64,000 nucleotides of DNA, taken from positions 4,820-68,819 of the forward strand of contig JBJFGS010000010.1 in the NCBI GenBank assembly GCA_051892935.1, written 5' to 3'. The notes beneath the pieces are model-generated. The model worked only from the letters and a program-made list of their open reading frames with translations, ran no database searches and had not been told where the DNA came from. Shown here piece by piece: positions 8,850 through 17,961 of the stretch; position 1 is the stretch's first letter; every line of letters starts with the position of its first letter. A program made the translations under genes and the position numbers. This DNA is from Candidatus Coprovivens sp. GTDB taxonomy: Bacteria > Bacillota_I > Bacilli_A > RF39 > UBA660.

Positions 8850-9494
8850 CTAAATACTTAGATAATTATACATTTTTGATAAGCTTTTTTTCTCATATCG
8901 TGATACTGTTACTTGAGACATTCCTAAGATACGAGCTGTTTCTGATTGGGTATAGTCTTTGAAGTATCGATAGTTTATGATATCTTGTTCTTCTTTAGTA
9001 AGAGTCTTTATTGAGTCTTTAAGATCTATTGATGAAGGGTTTATTGAATCTTTTAGAGAAGGTATTGTTTCGTATATTGGTCTTTCTGTTTCTGTATCTA
9101 AGCTCATAATAGATGAAGTTGCTGTTTCGATTTCACTAATAAGTGTCTCTTCAATTCCTAGAAAGGAAGATATTTCAGTGGTACTAGGATAATAGCCTAA
9201 TTTTTGAGCTAATAAATATTTTGCTTGTTCAATTTTTTTATATAATTTTAAGATATTTTTATTTAGTTTTATGCTTCGCATATTGTTAGCAAAATCGTAC
9301 ATTTCACCAAATATATAGTTATAAGCATAGGTAGTAAATTTGGTCGTTTCTGAATAATTATAGTTGTTATATGCTTTTATTAAACCTATTATTCCTGATT
9401 GAAATAAATCTTCTTTATCTATATCATGGAATTTAGATGCTATTTTATATATTAGTTTTTTATGTAATTCAATGATAGTATCTAATTCTGTCAT
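8850..9494 (-). CDS. group-3 sporulation-type sigma factor (SigF/SigG-like)
   Basis: Region 2 (DLFQSGIIGLIKAYNNYN...FTTYAYNYIFGEM), region 3, and region 4.2 HTH (QSETARILGMSQVTVSRYEKKSL). ATG 9494 sits behind AGGTGA; the track starts at GTG 9503. Directly upstream of spoVA genes, as sigF is in Bacillus. Confidence 0.8.
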   Translation of the reverse strand: MTELDTIIELHKKLIYKIASKFHDIDKEDLFQSGIIGLIKAYNNYNYSETTKFTTYAYNYIFGEMYDFANNMRSIKLNKNILKLYKKIEQAKYLLAQKLGYYPSTTEISSFLGIEETLISEIETATSSIMSLDTETERPIYETIPSLKDSINPSSIDLKDSIKTLTKEEQDIINYRYFKDYTQSETARILGMSQVTVSRYEKKSLSKMYNYLSI

Positions 9495-9577
9495 TTTTAT
9501 CACCTGTTATATTGAATATAGGTCTTGAATGACTATTTTTAAACAGTTTCGACAAAGATAGTAATAATTAGAGTGTA

Positions 9578-9610
9578 TAAAAAGAAAAAATACTGTAAAA
9601 TTACAGTATT
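9578..9610 (-). terminator. intrinsic terminator after the 9611..10993 gene
   Basis: aatactgtaa-(aa)-ttacagtatt hairpin abutting the stop codon, followed by a T-run on the minus strand. Confidence 0.75.
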
Positions 9611-10993
9611 TTATTCGTCTATATCTATTGTATATGGATTATCTATTGTACCTGCACCACTTACAGTTGTAGTTGAAGATATATTAATTACAGGTCTGAT
9701 ACCATAAGTGTTTGTTGTTGGAGCAGTACTAATTGCTCCTGTATTTGTTACGATAAATAAGTTTGCTGTATAGTTATAATAATCAGCACCTGTTATTGTA
9801 AAGAATGTTTCTCCGTTATATAGATAGTAGTTATAGTTGTTTGTGTTATATACACCTCCAGCTATTGCTACTTCATCGGCTGTTATTAGGCCTATTTTTT
9901 GTTTGTATATTCCACCAAAGTCTGCATTAGTAGTTGGACAAGTTATTGTTGGTCTTTTATCAGTTATAAGTCTTGTATAACCATTAAAATATGTATGATA
10001 ACTATTTACAAAGTTACTTGAATCATTACAGAATGATGAAGCTACTACATATTTATCTAGGTCTCTATCTATTATATTTGTTTTATACCATTGTTCTAGA
10101 AAATCATTAACATTATTGTTTATTACTTCATCATTGTATATATATTTTAAACCAGTGTAATCAATAGCATTTGTTTTATCGCTATAGTTCATTGATATAG
10201 CTGATTTTTCTAATATTATTTTTATAGAGTTATCAGGATTTATTCCTACTATACGCCATATATAGTTGCCAAATTTAATATAGTTGTTGTTTACTATTCC
10301 ACGATAATAATAACTATTTCCGTCTTCTGATTTAATTTGGTATAAGCCTTCTGTAGTATATGAAGATGTACTATAATCAATAGAATCAGTTACTACTTTT
10401 GTATTGTTAAGTAAGACTTCACTAAATGATGCTTTTATTGTAGAAGCGGTATCTATTAGTTCAAATTGAGCTTTAAAAATATCTTCTTTGTTTAATTCAG
10501 GAGATTTTTTTTCATCAAACCATAGTTTTATATTTGTTCTAATAGTTTCGTTTGGCTTGATTGTAATTTTACCAATTAACTTACTAATTTTAACGTTTTT
10601 ATCTTTGGTTTTAGCGTTAGGTAAATTTTTATAAAGAATTGTATCTTGTTCTATATTACCGGCAGTTTCAATAGTTAGGGCTGTTGTATCAAATGTTGTT
10701 TCTGATAATACGTTTAAACGAATTTGTAATTCTTTTGTTTCTTCACATATATTTGTAATTGTTAATGTATAAGGACTAGTTTCTTTTCCTTCGTCATTAA
10801 CAACAGGATTTATATTTTTTAATTCTATAATATCACTATGAGAAAAATAAGCTTTAAAGCAATCTAGTGTTGTGGCATTTCTCTCATTTTTTACAGATGT
10901 TGAGAGGTATAGACCATAACCTGTACCAATAGTTAATGTTAAAGCAAAAAGAATTCCTATTACTATTAGTGAAAGTATATATTTTTTCTTCAT
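9611..10993 (-). CDS. secreted or membrane-anchored hypothetical protein
   Basis: N-terminal anchor or signal KKKYILSLIVIGILFALTLTIG. C-terminal region YIWRIVG...GIRPVINIS. ATG 10993 preferred over GTG 11002. Confidence 0.6.
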   Translation of the reverse strand: MKKKYILSLIVIGILFALTLTIGTGYGLYLSTSVKNERNATTLDCFKAYFSHSDIIELKNINPVVNDEGKETSPYTLTITNICEETKELQIRLNVLSETTFDTTALTIETAGNIEQDTILYKNLPNAKTKDKNVKISKLIGKITIKPNETIRTNIKLWFDEKKSPELNKEDIFKAQFELIDTASTIKASFSEVLLNNTKVVTDSIDYSTSSYTTEGLYQIKSEDGNSYYYRGIVNNNYIKFGNYIWRIVGINPDNSIKIILEKSAISMNYSDKTNAIDYTGLKYIYNDEVINNNVNDFLEQWYKTNIIDRDLDKYVVASSFCNDSSNFVNSYHTYFNGYTRLITDKRPTITCPTTNADFGGIYKQKIGLITADEVAIAGGVYNTNNYNYYLYNGETFFTITGADYYNYTANLFIVTNTGAISTAPTTNTYGIRPVINISSTTTVSGAGTIDNPYTIDIDE

Positions 10994-11099
10994 CTTTATC
11001 ACTCTCTATTCTATTATATATATTAAATATATAATATTTGTTTTTGATAGTCAATAATTGAAAGATTATTACATTAAAAAATAGTCTTTTCAGACTACT

Positions 11100-11954
11100 T
11101 TATGATAATGTTTTTGTCATACTTATCATTTTTAATAATTCATTCATTGTTGTTGTATCTTGAGCGGTTTTAATGTTTGTGTTTGTAATTGTTATGATGA
11201 AACATTCTGTTGAACTAGCTTGTGTAATAATTAGCATTGATGGTTGATTATCTTGCATTAGTTCTAATACCAAGCAGTCTTTTCCTTCAATAATTTGATC
11301 ATACATGTTTGTTACTGTTATTCCACGATTTGTATATGTTGATTTTAATGATTCTTTTTGATTACGATATCCTTCTATCGTTGCTCTATTAATACCAATC
11401 CATCCAGTTCCACCTGTTTTTAAATTTAGTAATGATATACCTCCTGATTGTTCAATTACTGTAGCAACGTAGTCTTCATCTACGAAGAAAACGTAATTTT
11501 GACTTACTTTGGGATATGTTCCTTCAGGTATTTCAAAGTTATATTTTTCTTCTTCGGCACTTATAACTACTTGATTAGAATTGTTTGTATTATCTTGAAT
11601 CTTATAATTTGATTCTACAGCTGATGTAGAATTTAATTTTATTTTTTTCCTTAACGATACATTATCTGCTGCTAAATATATAGATAATACTAGAAGTAAA
11701 ATAATTACAGCTATACTAATTGGCTTATAATGTTTTTTTAAGTTTTCTAATATTTTATTTGCTTTTTTGGAAGATTTAATTGGAGCTGTTTGTTGGACTT
11801 GTTGAAATTGTACTTGTTGAACAGGTTGTTGAGCTTGTTGGACTTGTTCTGTTTGGCTGTTATTAACATAGGCTATTTCAACAGTTGCACCACATTTTTG
11901 ACAGCTTTGTTCTGCATCAGCTACTAAATTTCCGCATTTTTGACATATTTTCAT
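11100..11954 (-). CDS. zinc-ribbon / Q-rich linker / TM / extracytoplasmic-domain protein
   Basis: MKICQKCGNLVADAEQSCQKCG (CxxC...CxxC), QQ-rich spacer, TM ISIAVIILLLVLSIYLAA. Confidence 0.65.
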   Translation of the reverse strand: MKICQKCGNLVADAEQSCQKCGATVEIAYVNNSQTEQVQQAQQPVQQVQFQQVQQTAPIKSSKKANKILENLKKHYKPISIAVIILLLVLSIYLAADNVSLRKKIKLNSTSAVESNYKIQDNTNNSNQVVISAEEEKYNFEIPEGTYPKVSQNYVFFVDEDYVATVIEQSGGISLLNLKTGGTGWIGINRATIEGYRNQKESLKSTYTNRGITVTNMYDQIIEGKDCLVLELMQDNQPSMLIITQASSTECFIITITNTNIKTAQDTTTMNELLKMISMTKTLS

Positions 11955-11966
11955 ATTTTCACCTCA

Positions 11967-12599
11967 TTATTTTTTAGGATTAATACCTAACATTTTTATG
12001 TCTTTAATAATATACTTAACAGTATTAGTAATGAATATTTCAATATCATTTGTGTCAAATAAGAATGTTTTTTCTTCTTTACTTTCTTCAATTATTATTC
12101 CCATTTTATCGATTAAGATATTTAATTTGTCTACGGGAATTTCTGTTATCTTACTAGTTGGTAAATCCCATTCATTACTGAATATATCTAATGGTAGCAT
12201 GTATTTATCTATAAGACTGATATTTATGTTTGTATAATCATTATATATCAAATCTCTTAATGCTGTATAGGTTATTTTTTTCTTTGAATTATTTTTAGTA
12301 TATCTTTCTATGTAATTATAAACATAATCTCTAAACCAGTATTTATCACTAAGTAAGTGAATAAAGTATCCCATTTCAAATGGTTTGTCTAATTCTGTTC
12401 GATATTTTTGGAGAAATCGATCAATATTTGGAATATCATCTTCATTGGTATGATCTAAGAAATGAGATATTTCTTTAGTTTCTCCTATTTGTTTGGAAAT
12501 GTCTGGAGCTATTGAACCTAGTAGTAATTCATTTAGATTCATATTTAAATATTTATTCACTTCTTTAGCTATGCATAAATGTATAACAGCTGATGCCAT
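11967..12599 (-). CDS. hypothetical metal-dependent hydrolase-like protein (zinc phospholipase-C-like His motifs)
   Basis: MASAVIHLCIAKE...SHFLDH...FIHLLSDKYW histidine-rich pattern. Assignment is tentative. Confidence 0.4.
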   Translation of the reverse strand: MASAVIHLCIAKEVNKYLNMNLNELLLGSIAPDISKQIGETKEISHFLDHTNEDDIPNIDRFLQKYRTELDKPFEMGYFIHLLSDKYWFRDYVYNYIERYTKNNSKKKITYTALRDLIYNDYTNINISLIDKYMLPLDIFSNEWDLPTSKITEIPVDKLNILIDKMGIIIEESKEEKTFLFDTNDIEIFITNTVKYIIKDIKMLGINPKK

Positions 12600-12644
12600 A
12601 CTATCACCTATTTTAATTATAACATAGTATATTGTATTTATTTT

Positions 12645-13463
12645 CTAATTTTTTTGTTTTTTTAAAATAAAATTGTCAATAAATTTATATTTGTCTCTAT
12701 TTAGGACATATAAATAACCAAATATACTAAAGCAAATTGCTCCAATGAAGTTTACCATTAAATCTTTCATTGTATCTATAAGACCAATATCTAGGTATCC
12801 TCCTTCGATTTTTTGTTCTACTATTTTACCATTTTTGTCTTTAGAATATACAATTGTATATTCTATGTCATCAATAACAATAGGAACGTTTTCACCTTCT
12901 GGATTAAGTTTTACTGAGCGTATTGTGCTTACGATACGATCTTTTTGCATATCCGTTCTTATAAGATTATCTGCGCCATATTCAAAAAACTCCCAGAGAA
13001 CGCCAATTGTCATAGAAAAGCAGAAAGAAAGTATTGCCAAAAATAATGGAGAAAGTTGAATACTTTTCATATTGTTATTAAGTAAGTCAAAAATTGAAAA
13101 GCCAACTCCCGCTGCTAGGAATCCGTTTAAAGTATGGAGTATGGTATCCCAATAAGGAATAGCTCCATAAAAATTATTTATTTCTCCTAGTATTTCAGCT
13201 GAGAAAATAAATAACATTATTATTATTTCTAGAGTATTTGGTAAATCTATTTTAAATTTTCTTTCTATAAAGAAAGGCATTATTAATAAAACTAATGATA
13301 ATAAACATAAAAAGGCATTATTCAAGTCACCTCTTAAGAATTCTAGTATCATACAAATTATTACTAAAATACGTAATGTAAAGTATACAACAATGGAGCT
13401 TCTTCCATTTGTCTGTTGTTCTTTTTTTAATTCTTCATGAAATTTTTTCATTTTGTTATTCAT
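12645..13463 (-). CDS. polytopic membrane protein (possibly YjdF/DUF2238-like)
   Basis: Six or more hydrophobic segments. WDTILHTLNGF and LWEFFEYGADN motifs. Start uncertain (13463, 13451 or 13472). Confidence 0.55.
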   Translation of the reverse strand: MNNKMKKFHEELKKEQQTNGRSSIVVYFTLRILVIICMILEFLRGDLNNAFLCLLSLVLLIMPFFIERKFKIDLPNTLEIIIMLFIFSAEILGEINNFYGAIPYWDTILHTLNGFLAAGVGFSIFDLLNNNMKSIQLSPLFLAILSFCFSMTIGVLWEFFEYGADNLIRTDMQKDRIVSTIRSVKLNPEGENVPIVIDDIEYTIVYSKDKNGKIVEQKIEGGYLDIGLIDTMKDLMVNFIGAICFSIFGYLYVLNRDKYKFIDNFILKKQKN

Positions 13464-13545
13464 TTTTACCACACATCTTTTCTAATACTTTATATCTATT
13501 ATTATATTATATGTAAAAGAAAAAAAGAATTATTTTTTATAATTC

Positions 13546-15474
13546 TTAATTATTTTCTATAAAATTTTTAATATACGAACTTATTGCTATATTACTATTT
13601 TCTTTCTTTGGTTGGTTTTGACATATATTAGAAATATAGAGTATAGATTTTTTAAATTCTTGAATTAGTGATTCTTTCTTTTCTTCATTTGTCATATATA
13701 TATTTAAAGTTGAACTTATTAATGGAATATACTGGTTAATTAGATCTTTTATTATCTCAAAGTTTATATTATTATATTCGGCTAGTTCAGGACTTGGCAT
13801 CTTGGCTTTTGTAAAGGATACATCTTTTAGAGAAATAAAGTTACTAATAATTTCATGGGCTTTAGTATCATTTATTATTTCAATTACTATTTTAGATAAA
13901 ATACGATAATATGCTACTTCACATATAATGTTGAAATAGTCATTATATGATTTTATACATTTATTTTCTTCATCCATTATTCCACTATGAGAAATACCAT
14001 ATAAAGAGTTGTTGTAACGACCAGATGAATATATTGGTTCTTTGAAATATTTTTGATATTGACTATTATTTTTGATAATCTCTTCTATTATAGTTGTTTT
14101 TTCTATTATATCTTTTAAATTAGCAAATAGAATTGCTCCTTCTTTATTGTCTTTGTTATCACCTAGAGCTTTCATGTCGTAATTAAGATTGTTTTCAATG
14201 CATTTTGTAATGTATTCAGTTAAAATTGAAAATAGAATTGATTCTTGAACATTTAAATATATTCTAATAGTATATGGTTCGTTATCGTTACGAAATAAAG
14301 AATTCTTTCCAACACCAATGTGTTCTTTTTTTAAATCCATTGTTTCATTTATTGATTGTTCAATAAATAAATATAAGTTTTCGCTTAGTTTCATCTTTTT
14401 ACAAATATAGTGAGATGATTCGTATTTAGATATTAGTTCTATTATTTCTAATATTTCTTCTTTAGTTAGTGTTTCTAATCTTGATAAGTCTTCTTCTGAT
14501 ATTAGATTTAGATATTTTTCGTTTAAGTCATCAAATGCATAGTTATTAAATTTATCTAAAAAAATACTATATACTTTATATGCTAATCCGGATAATAATT
14601 CATTATAGTTTAAATCTTGTTCTTTATTAGATGGTTCTATTGATAGTGTTATTTCTCTAATATCAAAGTATCCATTATGGTAGCGTTGTTCTAATAGTTT
14701 ACTAAGAACTTGGCTATTATCTAAAGGATTTGTTAAATTATTAAATAGGTTTTTGATAGTATGTTCTTGTCTAGAAGTTGTTTCTTCTTTAGAGGTTGTT
14801 AAGATGTTACGAAGATTGATATCATATATTTCTGATAAGTATAATAATACTTTTAAATATCTTGTCTTATCATAATCAGTTAACTTATTTTTCTTTTCTA
14901 AGTAGTCTTGAATGATGTTTTCTATTGAATCATTTTCTATATCATATCCGATATTTTCTGCAAGTAGTTTTATCTCTTCAACATACATAATAGCTTCTTT
15001 TTGTATTTCCTTGAAATCTAGATTATTTGATGATGCTATTTCTTTTAATTCGTTGAATTCATCTACGTTGTTATTTGGACTTATATTATAACGACAAAAT
15101 TTATAGAATATTTCTTTTCTAACATTTGATGATGGATCTTTTTTCTTGTATGTTACATATCTTTCTAATTCTTCACGAAGGTTTATTTCATGTATTTCAG
15201 ATAATGTCATTAGTAGTTTTAGATAATTACTTTTTTCATCGTCTTCCATAGTATCTTTTTTGTTTATATATTCTTCTAACAAGTCACAAAAGGATTCAAA
15301 ATCAGCATTATATCCTAGTTTAGCAGTTTTTTCTTTTAATTTGGTTGTTAGTTTTATTGCACTTTCATTTATTTCATCAAATTTATCTTGTAACTTTTCT
15401 TTTATTAAATCTATATCTTCTTCTTTTTGTTCTGTAATATAAAAATGACATAATTTACGAAATTCACTATTCAT
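13546..15474 (-). CDS. 642-aa orphan cytoplasmic protein with an N-terminal internal duplication
   Basis: AGGTGA RBS. No TM or signal peptide. Repeat pair ...KLGYNADFESF..EYINKKDTMEDDEKSNYLKLLMTLSEIHEINLR / ...NIGYDIENDSI..DYLEKKNKLTDYDKTRYLKVLLYLSEIYDINLR. Confidence 0.7.
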   Translation of the reverse strand: MNSEFRKLCHFYITEQKEEDIDLIKEKLQDKFDEINESAIKLTTKLKEKTAKLGYNADFESFCDLLEEYINKKDTMEDDEKSNYLKLLMTLSEIHEINLREELERYVTYKKKDPSSNVRKEIFYKFCRYNISPNNNVDEFNELKEIASSNNLDFKEIQKEAIMYVEEIKLLAENIGYDIENDSIENIIQDYLEKKNKLTDYDKTRYLKVLLYLSEIYDINLRNILTTSKEETTSRQEHTIKNLFNNLTNPLDNSQVLSKLLEQRYHNGYFDIREITLSIEPSNKEQDLNYNELLSGLAYKVYSIFLDKFNNYAFDDLNEKYLNLISEEDLSRLETLTKEEILEIIELISKYESSHYICKKMKLSENLYLFIEQSINETMDLKKEHIGVGKNSLFRNDNEPYTIRIYLNVQESILFSILTEYITKCIENNLNYDMKALGDNKDNKEGAILFANLKDIIEKTTIIEEIIKNNSQYQKYFKEPIYSSGRYNNSLYGISHSGIMDEENKCIKSYNDYFNIICEVAYYRILSKIVIEIINDTKAHEIISNFISLKDVSFTKAKMPSPELAEYNNINFEIIKDLINQYIPLISSTLNIYMTNEEKKESLIQEFKKSILYISNICQNQPKKENSNIAISSYIKNFIENN

Positions 15475-15494
15475 ATTATCACCTATTATAAGTA

Positions 15495-15529
15495 TAACAA
15501 AAAAGATAACTTATTTTAAGTTATCTTTT
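15495..15529 (-). terminator. hairpin/terminator overlapping the proS stop codon
   Basis: aaaagataactta-(ttt)-taagttatctttt, followed by a T-run on the minus strand. Only ~20 nt separate it from the next start codon. Confidence 0.6.
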
Positions 15530-17208
15530 ACATATTTAATAATTTTTTCTACTATTTCATCTAATGATATTTCTTCTTGGTTACCTGTTTTTCTTTCTTT
15601 AAATTCTACTAAATTATCATTAATCTTTTTACCAACTACGATACGTGCTGGAATTCCAATAAGGTCCATATCTTTGAATTTTACGCCTGGTCTTTCGTCT
15701 CTATTATCAAATATAACTTCAATACCCACTGATGTTAATTTTTCATATATGTCGTTAGCTATCTTTGTTTGTTCTTCGTTGTTCATGTCTATTTGGATTA
15801 ATGCTATTTGATAAGGAGCGATATTCATTGGTAATATCAAACCATTTTCATCATTTGATTGTTCTATTAGACTAGCTATTATACGACCTGCTCCTATACC
15901 ATAGCAGCCCATTACAACTGTTTGTTCTTGGTTATTTTCATCTAGGTAAGTTAAGCCAAGCTTTTCTGCATATTTAGTTCCTAGTTTAAATAGATTTCCT
16001 ATTTCAATACCTTTTTTGAAATATAGTTTACCTCCGCATACAGGACATGTATCTCCTTCTTGAACATTTACTATATCTCCTACTATATCATATTTTATAT
16101 CTTTTATATTAGCATTTATATAATGATATTCTTCTTTATTTGCTCCACAACAGAAGTTTTTCATTTGTAATACTTCGTTATCTATTACAACTTTGGCATT
16201 TAAATTAATTGGCCCAGTATATCCAGGAACAGCATTTGATGTAGCGATTAGAGCATCATCAGCAAAGTTTATTTCGTTTATACCTAGAAGTTTACATACT
16301 TTGTTTTCGCATAGTTCGCGATCACCTCTTACGAATAGAACAACTAGTTCGCCGTTAGCATTCATTAATAAGGCTTTTACTGATTTTTTGACGTCTATAT
16401 TTAGAAAGTTACAAACATCTTCTATTGTTTCTTGATGTGGTGTTTTAACCATTTCTAGTTCTAGTTCTTCTTCTGTTGATATGTTATTACTTACAGTTTG
16501 AGCTATTTCAAGATTTGATGAAAAATCACAATGATCACATAGGACAATCGTGTCTTCTCCTATGTCGGTAATTGCTTGGTATTCTTCTGATAATGTTCCA
16601 CCCATTGCACCGCAATCAGCTTTTACTATTTTATAATCTACTCCAATACGATTGTAAATGTTATTATAAGCATTTTTCATTATATTATATGATTTATCTA
16701 ATCCTTCATTATCTCTATCAAATGAGTAAGCATCTTTCATTATGAATTCTCTAACGCGAATTAATCCATATCTTGGTCTTGGTTCATCTCTAAATTTATC
16801 GGCTTGTTGATATAGATTGAATGGTAGGTCTTTGTAGCTTTTTACCATAGCTTTGGCTGCTATTGTAAATAATTCTTCATGAGTTGGTCCTAGAACATGT
16901 GGTTTATTGTAACGGTCTTTTAAATTGAACATACTTTGACCGAATGCTTCTACTCGACCACATTTTTCGTAATATTCACTTGGAATTAAGCTTGGCATTA
17001 ATAGTTCTTGAGCTCCGGCTTTGTCCATTTCTTCTTTGATTATTCTTTTAACTTTATCTAGTACTCTAATTCCCATTGGCAAATACATATAGATTCCAGC
17101 TCCAACTTTTTTTATCATGCCACTTCGTACTAGTAGGTTTCCACTTTTACTTTCTTCATCTTTTGCATCTTCTCTTAAGGTAAAGAAATAACTATTATTT
17201 ATTTTCAT
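15511..17208 (-). CDS. proS: proline--tRNA ligase (bacterial type with INS editing domain)
   Basis: 565 aa. Class II motifs (FRDEPRPRYGLIRVREFIMKDAYSF; GCYGIGAGRIIA). Preceded by a T-box leader. Confidence 0.95.
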   Translation of the reverse strand: MKINNSYFFTLREDAKDEESKSGNLLVRSGMIKKVGAGIYMYLPMGIRVLDKVKRIIKEEMDKAGAQELLMPSLIPSEYYEKCGRVEAFGQSMFNLKDRYNKPHVLGPTHEELFTIAAKAMVKSYKDLPFNLYQQADKFRDEPRPRYGLIRVREFIMKDAYSFDRDNEGLDKSYNIMKNAYNNIYNRIGVDYKIVKADCGAMGGTLSEEYQAITDIGEDTIVLCDHCDFSSNLEIAQTVSNNISTEEELELEMVKTPHQETIEDVCNFLNIDVKKSVKALLMNANGELVVLFVRGDRELCENKVCKLLGINEINFADDALIATSNAVPGYTGPINLNAKVVIDNEVLQMKNFCCGANKEEYHYINANIKDIKYDIVGDIVNVQEGDTCPVCGGKLYFKKGIEIGNLFKLGTKYAEKLGLTYLDENNQEQTVVMGCYGIGAGRIIASLIEQSNDENGLILPMNIAPYQIALIQIDMNNEEQTKIANDIYEKLTSVGIEVIFDNRDERPGVKFKDMDLIGIPARIVVGKKINDNLVEFKERKTGNQEEISLDEIVEKIIKYVKDNLK

Positions 17209-17289
17209 TTTTATTCTCCTTTTCTAATATTTATTTTAATTTTAGCTTCGGTCGTTTTTTATTCCATTTCATTATTAACACCCCTTAAA

Positions 17290-17485
17290 ATAAAAAGGAT
17301 GGTACCTAAAGGAGTGCTTAAGCACGGTACCATCCTTATATACTCTTTTTTTATAACGGTATTTACCGGAAATATTTTCATATTTCATTCATGGGTAGGA
17401 ATATCTTAATATTATTATTTAGTTCTCACTATCCTAAATTCACTTTATATAAGGGAATAAGATATTATGTCCCAATCAACATATT
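17290..17485 (-). promoter_or_regulatory. T-box riboswitch leader (proline specifier) for proS
   Basis: Minus strand shows AAGGATGGTACCGTGC (T-box consensus-like GGUGGUACCGCG). It overlaps the 5' arm of terminator AAGGATGGTACC...GGTACCATCCTT+TTTTATTTT. Upstream loop TTCCTACCCATGAA offers CCU-A or CCC-A specifiers. AGTGAGA GA-like motif near the 5' end. Confidence 0.85.
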
Positions 17486-17491
17486 GCAAAT

Positions 17492-17520
17492 AATATAAAA
17501 CAATTACTATTGTTTGTCAA
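17492..17520 (-). promoter_or_regulatory. sigmaA-type promoter of the proS leader
   Basis: TTGACA, 17 nt, TATATT. Confidence 0.65.
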
Positions 17521-17544
17521 ATAGTAATTGTTTTTTTACACATT

Positions 17545-17865
17545 TTATTGTCTATTAGCCATTTGGCTTGCTGCTGATGCTTCTGCTGCGGCAGCAATTT
17601 GAACTAGTTTTACTTTGAAGTCTTTTTCTTCTTGGTCTTCTAATCCCATATGATCAATTCTTACTATTTGATTATGGTCAAATAATAAAGTTTGATCTGA
17701 ACTTAAAGATCCTTCTGGAAATAGTACTCCTGAATAATCATATATTTTATCTGGTTTATTAGCATCCATAGTGCAGAAACCATTAATCATTACTCTCTTG
17801 CTTCCATTTTGTAATAAAACTACTGTTCCAACTGGTAAATATTTTTCTCTTATTTGTCCGTTCAT
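17545..17865 (-). CDS. DUF4176-like small protein
   Basis: YLPVGTVVLLQNGSKRVMINGFC...YDYSGVLFPEG pattern typical of DUF4176. A-rich C-terminal tail. Confidence 0.6.
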   Translation of the reverse strand: MNGQIREKYLPVGTVVLLQNGSKRVMINGFCTMDANKPDKIYDYSGVLFPEGSLSSDQTLLFDHNQIVRIDHMGLEDQEEKDFKVKLVQIAAAAEASAASQMANRQ

Positions 17866-17897
17866 AATATCATTCCTTTACTCTTTTTCTATTAATT

Positions 17898-17926
17898 ATT
17901 ATACTATAATTTATTTTGAGTGTCTA
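17898..17926 (-). promoter_or_regulatory. sigmaA-type promoter
   Basis: TAGACA, 17 nt, TATAAT upstream of the DUF4176 gene. Confidence 0.5.
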
Positions 17927-17935
17927 GAATAATAT

Positions 17936-17961
17936 AAAAAGATTGCAACGGCAATCTTTTT
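17936..17961 (-). terminator. intrinsic terminator
   Basis: aaaaagattgc-aacg-gcaatcttttt overlapping the stop of the 659-aa gene. Confidence 0.75.
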
